A DNA stretch of 64,000 bases from a virus (taxonomy: Duplodnaviria > Caudoviricetes), in IMG/VR virus record IMGVR_UViG_3300037851_000141, positions 1 through 64,000 of that record; one strand, given 5' to 3'. This document shows, one piece after another, positions 57,657 to 64,000 of this stretch. The notes under the pieces were generated by a model. The model was given only the letters and a program-made list of their open reading frames with translations. It searched no databases and was not told where the DNA came from. The position numbers and the translations under genes are program-made. Positions within the stretch are counted from its first letter, which is position 1; each line of letters starts with the position of its first letter.

Positions 57657-58803
57657 ATTTTTCCAGTATTTTTTTAATTAGATTATTCGTTATAATATCT
57701 TTATCCGATTTATATTCGTGTTCTTTAACGTGAATAAATTCGATATTTGGATTAAAATTTACTATATTTTGTTCTCTATTTTGGTTTCTCGTTTTGTTAA
57801 CATCCGCCCTAGATAAATGTTTACCGTGCCAATAATCTCCATCAAACTCTATACACAAATCAATACCTTTTATATAAAAATCCAATTTAGCATATGAGTC
57901 AACTGTTTCTATTTTATATTCATGATTTTTTCCAGACTCATCTTTTTGACCATTATTATTCTGAGCAAAATATGTTGAAGATTTTAATTCTATTGGAAGT
58001 TTATCAAAAATATTCCAAAATAACTCTTGCGATATTTTAGAAAAATTTCTTTTTTTATAATTGGTAATCCATTTATCTTGCCGTTGTTTCCAACGTAATC
58101 TACCATCAATTTCACCATATTTCTGAATACATTTTTCTAATGTAAATGTTTGTTGACGTTCTCTGACTTTTAATCTTGCTTGTTCTTCAGTTAATCCCTT
58201 GTTAGTCCAATATTTTAAGTGATTTGGCATTAGTTGGAGATTTGGGTCTTTTTTCTTTCTTTCTTTTAATGTAGACATTGCGGTTTCAATTCTATTTGTA
58301 TTTTTAGCATACCAACTTGTTGAACATGAAAAAGAACAAAAGTTAGCAATACCCTTTCCAAGACCTCTAAATCGTAATGGTTGTCCACATTCTAAACACT
58401 TCATACTAGGATTTTCGGGATTCATATATTTTATATAATAATCTAATAATGACATTTCGGGATGACATTTTTTAATATGTTTGGCAAGTGATGATTTATT
58501 AGGAACTCCAAAATTACAAATCTGACAAGAATATTCCATTTTCATATTGTTTTTGTGTGTTTCTCGTTCAATATGTTTCAGCGACTTAAATCCATGGTTA
58601 AATTGTTTGTGCCTTATCATTTTTTCTTCACTTGGAAACAATTCTCCACAAACATCACACGGAATGATCCACCCTAAATATTTTTGTTTATATTCGTTTA
58701 ACGTAATGTCTGGGTGTTCTTTTGTTATATGCCCATATATATTATATTTACTAATGGGCTTTCCACATAAAGGGCAGTTATTTATATCAGGGTGCCGCAT
58801 CAT
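57631..58803 (-). CDS. Free-standing endonuclease inside the fractured terL (C2H2 fingers plus a Vsr-like domain)
   Basis: Three C2H2-type motifs (CPLC..H..H, CDVC..H..H, CQIC..H..H), CLEC/FCSFSC and LDFYI..IEFDGDYWHG. Confidence 0.8.
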   Translation of the reverse strand: MMRHPDINNCPLCGKPISKYNIYGHITKEHPDITLNEYKQKYLGWIIPCDVCGELFPSEEKMIRHKQFNHGFKSLKHIERETHKNNMKMEYSCQICNFGVPNKSSLAKHIKKCHPEMSLLDYYIKYMNPENPSMKCLECGQPLRFRGLGKGIANFCSFSCSTSWYAKNTNRIETAMSTLKERKKKDPNLQLMPNHLKYWTNKGLTEEQARLKVRERQQTFTLEKCIQKYGEIDGRLRWKQRQDKWITNYKKRNFSKISQELFWNIFDKLPIELKSSTYFAQNNNGQKDESGKNHEYKIETVDSYAKLDFYIKGIDLCIEFDGDYWHGKHLSRADVNKTRNQNREQNIVNFNPNIEFIHVKEHEYKSDKDIITNNLIKKILEKYESRIPTI

Positions 58804-58822
58804 ATTATATTCTCCACATTTC

Positions 58823-58830
58823 TATTTATA
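58823..58830 (-). promoter_or_regulatory. T4-type late promoter TATAAATA for the endonuclease/terL-C unit
   Basis: Exact consensus 19 nt upstream of the ATG at 58803; GGAG RBS. Confidence 0.75.
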
Positions 58831-58863
58831 TTGCGTAGACTGAATATTTTTTATGATTCTTGG

Positions 58864-59232
58864 TTATTCGGGAAACGTTTGAAGGTTTGATATTGCTTTA
58901 AACAACTCATATATACTAATTTCTTGAATTTTCCCTGTGTTTTTATTTCTTATAGTAATTAACATATCTTTGTGTAAACATTTTCCAATTTGTCGGGCGC
59001 TATTTATTAATGAGAACCTATGATTTTGGAATATATCGACCATATTTTTTTGATAAGGTCGGAGAACTATTTTTTGAGAACCTTGAGTGGGGTGGACGAC
59101 ATAGTAATAATTTTCAGCGAAGTAAATTACACTTTGTATACATTGCGCCCATTCAACTATCATTTCTTGTGTATAGTTGATTTTTTTATCTGGTCTTTTT
59201 ATTAATCCTTTATCATCATATTTAATAGGCAT
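58864..59232 (-). CDS. terL: Terminase large subunit, N-terminal fragment plus IntN
   Basis: EW..C..YFAENY..LRPYQK..RQIGK (Q motif and Walker A), then CLHKDMLITI..EISI.EL and a stop. Confidence 0.9.
   Translation of the reverse strand: MPIKYDDKGLIKRPDKKINYTQEMIVEWAQCIQSVIYFAENYYYVVHPTQGSQKIVLRPYQKNMVDIFQNHRFSLINSARQIGKCLHKDMLITIRNKNTGKIQEISIYELFKAISNLQTFPE
58867..58980 (-). other. Split-intein N-part (IntN, 38 aa)
   Basis: GK|CLHKDMLITIRNKNTGKIQEISIYELFKAISNLQTFPE-stop; block A only. Confidence 0.88.
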
Positions 59233-59240
59233 AGAAGAGA

Positions 59241-59858
59241 TTATACCTTATTTTCTTCAGTTTTTATTACATCAGCAGTTGTTTCTTTTACTTCTTTTTT
59301 ATATGATCCTGGTGGTGTAATTCCTTTAGCAGCAAGCATGTCAAGAATATCTGAGTTTGTACCGATGAGTATATTTGTTGTACCACCAGCCATTCCAATA
59401 CCAGCATTCATACTTTGATTTTGTAAGACTAGCTTTTTTTGTTCAAACTGTTCTCTTGCGAGTTGTTGTTTAGAAATATTGATAAGTATTTTATTATAGC
59501 TATCCATTATTCCATTTATAGCTGAAACCATTGCTGCTGCTGTTTCTACTGCTCTCCCGCTTGGATTATCTTCGATTTCAGTTTGTATAGCCGCGAGCAT
59601 AACCATGGCACGTTCAGTGAGATTTTTTAGTATTGTTTTTGAGAATTCTGTATCTGGTAGGTCTTTTATTTTATTGAATTCCTCTTTCATTTTATTTACT
59701 TCTTGACGAGCGACATCTATTTTGGCTTGAAGTTCTTCGGTTTCTTCGGAGTTAAAGTCAAGATTATCTGAGTTACCATCAATATTTAAGATATCTTCGA
59801 TGGATTTGAACGATTTTGATTTTTTCTTTTTTTCTTTTGATTCGTCATTATTTTCCAT
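59241..59858 (-). CDS. gp16: Terminase small subunit (T4 gp16-like)
   Basis: PSGRAVE.AA.M..NILIGTNSDILDML resembles gp16; lies between gp15 and gp17. Confidence 0.7.
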   Translation of the reverse strand: MENNDESKEKKKKSKSFKSIEDILNIDGNSDNLDFNSEETEELQAKIDVARQEVNKMKEEFNKIKDLPDTEFSKTILKNLTERAMVMLAAIQTEIEDNPSGRAVETAAAMVSAINGIMDSYNKILINISKQQLAREQFEQKKLVLQNQSMNAGIGMAGGTTNILIGTNSDILDMLAAKGITPPGSYKKEVKETTADVIKTEENKV

Positions 59859-59866
59859 GGTTTATC

Positions 59867-61054
59867 CTAATCTTGAAGGTGAGGTAAATTGGTTGGCGCA
59901 TCTGGATAATCATCATTTGGTATAACAGTTGGCCCTTCTATTATATCACCAGTTGGGCTTAATTTCTTATAATATGATACAATGATGATACGTGCGCCTT
60001 GAGTTGGAGAGTCTATTACTTCTTGGACTTCCTGATAATATATGGTTATTTGTTGAGTAGTAGAATCGACAAATACAATAGGTTTACGCGGCAATAAGGT
60101 ACAAGGTGATGGTTGTTCTGGATCTATTGTACCATCTGAATTAAGATCCCAACCCGGTCTTGGAGGTATTGGTTCTTGACAGTTATCAGATACACAACCA
60201 GAAAAAGAGGGTGGATTCATGACGTTATTAGCGAATCTCCATCTATTTACCATCAAGTCATATTTTTCACCAGCATCTAAATCGCGGATAGACAGTGAAA
60301 TAATACGATCTTCTATAGCTTCTGGAGTTGCGTCTGATGAATCTGCTGCTATTATCTTTTCACCTTGGAATGGAATTCGTTTACATGGAACATCTGATAT
60401 ACTAATGATTGAACATAAGATTTCTTTAGATAAGTTCATTGGTTGATATAAAACAGCCTGCATCGTAAAAGCCATATTTGTTAACAGTACGCGACGATCT
60501 TCTTCTTTAAGTTCTATTGTATTATTGAATGTTGTTGAGTTATGGATGACTTTACATTTACGTTCTATACCGAAGTTACGTTCTTTGATTGATACATATA
60601 TTTCTGGAGCGAAGAATGGTAAAATATTTTCTATAAGTTGTTTCATATCTATATCATATTTTGCCCACACCGTAACTTCGAAACTTAAGTCATATGGTGT
60701 TGGTTGAACGTCGGTTTGGATACTTCTACGTTGACCAGTTGTAGCGTCAAGATATTCAATATTCATCAGACGTTTCTCAAATTTACCACGCATTCTTTCA
60801 GGAACCCAAGTTATGCCAGCCCAATTTATAGATATTCTTGGAAGGTAATTATCAACTTGTGGGTCTACATCATTAATATCAGTTTTTAGTAATATTGATG
60901 CGATTTTTTCTTTAGATGCCAGAGATATAGGAACTGGTTTAATACCTACAATTCTTCCATCATTATCAAATACACGAACCGACATATTATTGAAGATATC
61001 AGCAAATGCCAGTATGTGTGTATATAGGGATTTGGGGTAAAAATAGTCTTTCAC
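59867..61054 (-). CDS. gp15: Tail sheath stabiliser/terminator
   Basis: FADIFNN..VPISLA.KEK..LPRIS..PTPYDL.FEV..D..Q..E.ILPFFAP. Confidence 0.92.
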   Translation of the reverse strand: MKDYFYPKSLYTHILAFADIFNNMSVRVFDNDGRIVGIKPVPISLASKEKIASILLKTDINDVDPQVDNYLPRISINWAGITWVPERMRGKFEKRLMNIEYLDATTGQRRSIQTDVQPTPYDLSFEVTVWAKYDIDMKQLIENILPFFAPEIYVSIKERNFGIERKCKVIHNSTTFNNTIELKEEDRRVLLTNMAFTMQAVLYQPMNLSKEILCSIISISDVPCKRIPFQGEKIIAADSSDATPEAIEDRIISLSIRDLDAGEKYDLMVNRWRFANNVMNPPSFSGCVSDNCQEPIPPRPGWDLNSDGTIDPEQPSPCTLLPRKPIVFVDSTTQQITIYYQEVQEVIDSPTQGARIIIVSYYKKLSPTGDIIEGPTVIPNDDYPDAPTNLPHLQD

Positions 61055-61078
61055 AACATACCCCCCTTAAATCTCTTC

Positions 61079-61615
61079 TTATGACATGTATTGTTTAAAT
61101 GATTTTGGAGATTTTTTCTCTTCAATTTCTTGTGGCTTTTCAACTTTATTTTCTTCAGGTACGGCTGGTGGAGTATTGGCATCAGGCTTTATACCAGGAT
61201 TGCCTTCTTCTTTTTCAGCGGCTTTAAAGTCTTCACCAGCTTTATTGAGTTCTTCTTTGGCAGTATCAAGTTTTTCTACTGCTTTTGCTTCTATTTTCTC
61301 ATGTTCATCTTTAGTAATGGTGCCATCATGTTCAAGTTCTTCTGATGCTTTGATTACGGAGACAGCATCTTGAACTTTAGTAGCAGCATCAGCAAGAGCA
61401 TCTACAGATTTATGTTCTTTTTCTTCAACTTCATCAGACTCTTTCTCACCCTTTTCATCTGATACATCTTTAGGAGGTTCATCGGTTGTAGTCGCGGGTA
61501 AAGTCTCTTCCTTTTCTTCATCCTTCCACTCGTCTTCCTTAAAAGTTCCTTCAAAGAGAGCGTGGAGTTTTTGACCAAAGCGACCTGGGTTGAACTTATA
61601 TTCTTTATCTGACAT
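61079..61615 (-). CDS. Acidic helical/disordered late protein
   Basis: E/D/K-rich 178-aa ORF with its own late promoter and AGGAG RBS. Confidence 0.7.
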   Translation of the reverse strand: MSDKEYKFNPGRFGQKLHALFEGTFKEDEWKDEEKEETLPATTTDEPPKDVSDEKGEKESDEVEEKEHKSVDALADAATKVQDAVSVIKASEELEHDGTITKDEHEKIEAKAVEKLDTAKEELNKAGEDFKAAEKEEGNPGIKPDANTPPAVPEENKVEKPQEIEEKKSPKSFKQYMS

Positions 61616-61648
61616 GATTTGGCTCCTAATGTGTATCCTATTATATTG

Positions 61649-61656
61649 TATTTATA
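61649..61656 (-). promoter_or_regulatory. T4-type late promoter TATAAATA
   Basis: Exact consensus 33 nt upstream of the ATG at 61615. Confidence 0.75.
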
Positions 61657-61663
61657 ATCTTTT

Positions 61664-62833
61664 TTACCAATCAGACCAAAGTTCTCTGTTATGTCTGATT
61701 ACTCTTCCAGATGGACCATATTTATTATACCCTATGAAACTTCTATAGTCCTCGGAATCTGGCGGAATAACCGTGCCATCATCTACATAAACTGGTATGC
61801 TTTGTTCGTTAAATGTACCTTGACGACCAGATGGTAAGTCCTTATAAACATTGAGGTTAGATTGTGGATCGACAACTTGATCTGCTGCTGCTTGGACCTC
61901 TTCATTATCACCTTTAGCAGAGAATGATTTTGGTCCTTGAACTCGGTATTTTTCAGCAATTCGTCCATCTGGTAAATAATAATCTTCGGGAACCTGAGTT
62001 AAATCTACAGGACCAGCAGGACCACCCGTTGTTTGATAGGCAATACGTCCACACGAATCTGGTGAGTCTGTTGATGTTGGTTGCGTTCCGACAAGTTCTG
62101 GATCTGGGAATGGTTGTGTCATATCATCGCAATCTGGTGTTGGAACAACGAATTGAGTATTACCTTGATAATAATCTGCTGGTAATCCTTTACTCGTTGC
62201 TAATTGTTCTAATGTCATACCCTGAGCAACTGGACCATATTGTTCGCCAAGTCCAATAACAGGAGCCGAAGCTTCCCGAGATTTAAGAGTCAATTTATAC
62301 CAGAACTTATGTCCAAAATGTTGTGAATTTGATTCTAAAAAGTGTAAACCACCAGTAACAACTTCATAAAATAAACCATTGTGTAAGGTTCCAATTATGT
62401 CTTTTGCTACTGGACCATAACCGCCTCGTCTTGATGGTCTTGGTGTCAGATTTGGGGCTTGTACTGGTGTTTCTCCTGATCGCCAACCAACTAATCCATC
62501 AAAAGTTGACCTATGAATGTACAAGATAAGAGTATCTATATTTTCAAGGCCAAATTGTGTGAAATTCTGTGGTTCTTGTGATAATTGGTCTGTTAATGCC
62601 GTTAATTGAATTGAGCGATCCCATACTGGAGTTGACGATTCTCCATGAATAACATCTAAATCGTTCTTATAATCATCAACGTGTAAAGTATAATAAACAA
62701 CTGGAATGCCATATATACCAGCATACTCAGCCATCATATTATCATAGGTTTCAATTTCTCGACGGTTATCATAGTCACCCGAGAATTGACCCCAATAACG
62801 CTTCCAACGAAAAGGATCTGGTGCGCCTGCCAT
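61664..62833 (-). CDS. gp14: Neck protein (head closure)
   Basis: E...IYG..V.Y..GE..FTQFGL...D...L.I....F..D.I...YEV..FG..FWYKL; long C-terminal extension. Confidence 0.8.
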   Translation of the reverse strand: MAGAPDPFRWKRYWGQFSGDYDNRREIETYDNMMAEYAGIYGIPVVYYTLHVDDYKNDLDVIHGESSTPVWDRSIQLTALTDQLSQEPQNFTQFGLENIDTLILYIHRSTFDGLVGWRSGETPVQAPNLTPRPSRRGGYGPVAKDIIGTLHNGLFYEVVTGGLHFLESNSQHFGHKFWYKLTLKSREASAPVIGLGEQYGPVAQGMTLEQLATSKGLPADYYQGNTQFVVPTPDCDDMTQPFPDPELVGTQPTSTDSPDSCGRIAYQTTGGPAGPVDLTQVPEDYYLPDGRIAEKYRVQGPKSFSAKGDNEEVQAAADQVVDPQSNLNVYKDLPSGRQGTFNEQSIPVYVDDGTVIPPDSEDYRSFIGYNKYGPSGRVIRHNRELWSDW

Positions 62834-62849
62834 TAAAGTACCTCATCCA

Positions 62850-62857
62850 TATTTATA
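62850..62857 (-). promoter_or_regulatory. T4-type late promoter TATAAATA
   Basis: Exact consensus 16 nt upstream of the gp14 ATG. Confidence 0.75.
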
Positions 62858-62863
62858 TATTTT

Positions 62864-63850
62864 TTAGACAACGCCAGATATAACTTGATTTAATGCCTTC
62901 TTAAGTTCTGGTGATATTGATTTTATATTATCAGCAGCATACGCAACAGTCTCAGCCCATAACTCGAAAGCATTTGATGCCGCATATTCGCTAGGAACTA
63001 AACCTTTTTTATGGGCTATCTCTCTTAATTGGTCACTCTCATAATCTGGTAAATCAAGCGCATCATATTTCTTCTGTGGTATTGAAATTCTCTTAAGTAT
63101 ATTTGTTAGCTTAGAGTTATCATATAAAACTGTCTTATCTCTCTTAACTGCTGATTTTATATTGTCTCTTATATGATTTTTTATCTGTACATCATCCATT
63201 AATATTGAGGCTGGTAATATAACATCCAAATCATGAGATAACTTATTTGTCTTGTTCTTATTGAAGTTATATAAAATGTCAGATATTTGATTGTCAGTAA
63301 GTTTGTTTGGTCTTGGATTTTCTGACTGATGTTGTTTGATTACTGGAGATAATACATTATGCTTATACCAATCAATAAACCATTCTTTAGTTTCTTTGTT
63401 TAGTTGTATCCATATTAAATGAGCAACTTCGTGTATCAATGTATGTTGGATTGGTATTACACTATGTTTAGCTGGATTAGTATCAACAAATATACTTCTT
63501 ATACCTGGATCAACAAAAGCCGAATAAGTAATATCAGTGGCAAACATTTTAGGATATTTCTGCTTCAATTCTTCCTTGTTATGATCAAAATCAATAAAGA
63601 TAACAGGAATCGTCTGACTTCCAAATCCTAAAGAACCTAACTTATAATCTACATCAGTTAATATTTTAATCTTATCAGAATCCAATTGGCCGGGCTTAAT
63701 CTCAGTTGTTGGCTCTGAACTTGGTTGTAAAATAAAAGGCTTAAATTGCCCAATCTTAGGAACTTGGACAATCTCATTCTTTAACATCCAATCCTTAGCT
63801 TGTCTAAAGTTTTCGTTGAGAGATTGAGTAGTAAAATAGTGAGAAAACAT
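62864..63850 (-). CDS. Zincin-like metallopeptidase (HEXXH)
   Basis: TLIHEVAH plus downstream SEYAASN..ELWAE (third-ligand motif of anthrax-lethal-factor-like zincins). Confidence 0.7.
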   Translation of the reverse strand: MFSHYFTTQSLNENFRQAKDWMLKNEIVQVPKIGQFKPFILQPSSEPTTEIKPGQLDSDKIKILTDVDYKLGSLGFGSQTIPVIFIDFDHNKEELKQKYPKMFATDITYSAFVDPGIRSIFVDTNPAKHSVIPIQHTLIHEVAHLIWIQLNKETKEWFIDWYKHNVLSPVIKQHQSENPRPNKLTDNQISDILYNFNKNKTNKLSHDLDVILPASILMDDVQIKNHIRDNIKSAVKRDKTVLYDNSKLTNILKRISIPQKKYDALDLPDYESDQLREIAHKKGLVPSEYAASNAFELWAETVAYAADNIKSISPELKKALNQVISGVV

Positions 63851-63857
63851 TGGAAAA

Positions 63858-64000
63858 TCACCCTAAATAGAAATCCGGCGGTTGACTGTAGCATCCATCG
63901 TTTATTTGTTGTTCAAGCTTCTCTCTTAAAGCATCTCCACGACTTAAATACATCTCAAAATTTACTGAGCCGCCGCCGGGCAAATTTATTCCAGTGTATT
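63858..64000 (-). CDS. gp13: Neck protein gp13, C-terminus (partial)
   Basis: Hand translation YTGINLPGGGSVNFEMYLSRGDALREKLEQQINDGCYSQPPDFYLG-stop matches the gp13 C-terminal pattern. Confidence 0.8.
   Translation of the reverse strand, partial: YTGINLPGGGSVNFEMYLSRGDALREKLEQQINDGCYSQPPDFYLG

Noticed and set aside
57631-58863. Group I intron carrying the endonuclease inside terL
   Set aside because: Only 60 nt of non-coding sequence upstream and a direct overlap downstream, leaving no room for a ribozyme core; intein blocks on both sides explain the layout.
1-64000. Stop-codon reassignment, as in some jumbo phages
   Set aside because: Conserved genes are full length under the standard code and pack tightly; the only broken gene (terL) is explained by the split intein.

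Overview
This AT-rich window is almost entirely coding and comes from a large T4-like myophage (jumbo-phage scale). It holds the neck, DNA-packaging, tail and baseplate module, mostly on the minus strand. From right to left the order is gp13 (partial), gp14, gp15, gp16, gp17, gp18, gp19, gp26, gp51, two tape-measure-like genes, gp48-like, gp53, hub, gp3, gp5, gp25, gp6, gp7-like, then giant lectin/Kelch/collagen-bearing fibre genes. A short plus-strand cluster encodes a dNMP kinase, ClpP and small Zn-finger proteins. Twelve T4-type late promoters (TATAAATA) lie 16-39 nt upstream of gene starts. Most notable: (1) the large terminase is fractured at its Walker A motif by an atypically split intein (38-aa IntN, 123-aa IntC) with a free-standing endonuclease gene between the halves, and it carries a second contiguous mini-intein; (2) a tnpA-less, catalytically intact TnpB has its own phage late promoter; (3) several structural patterns recur, including apparently nested domains in a 1961-aa Kelch protein, one ~65-aa module reused seven times, and Cys-bounded Thr/Ser/Gly loops. 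No tRNA, rRNA, CRISPR array, capsid or portal gene was seen. All homology calls come from motif recognition by eye, not from database searches.
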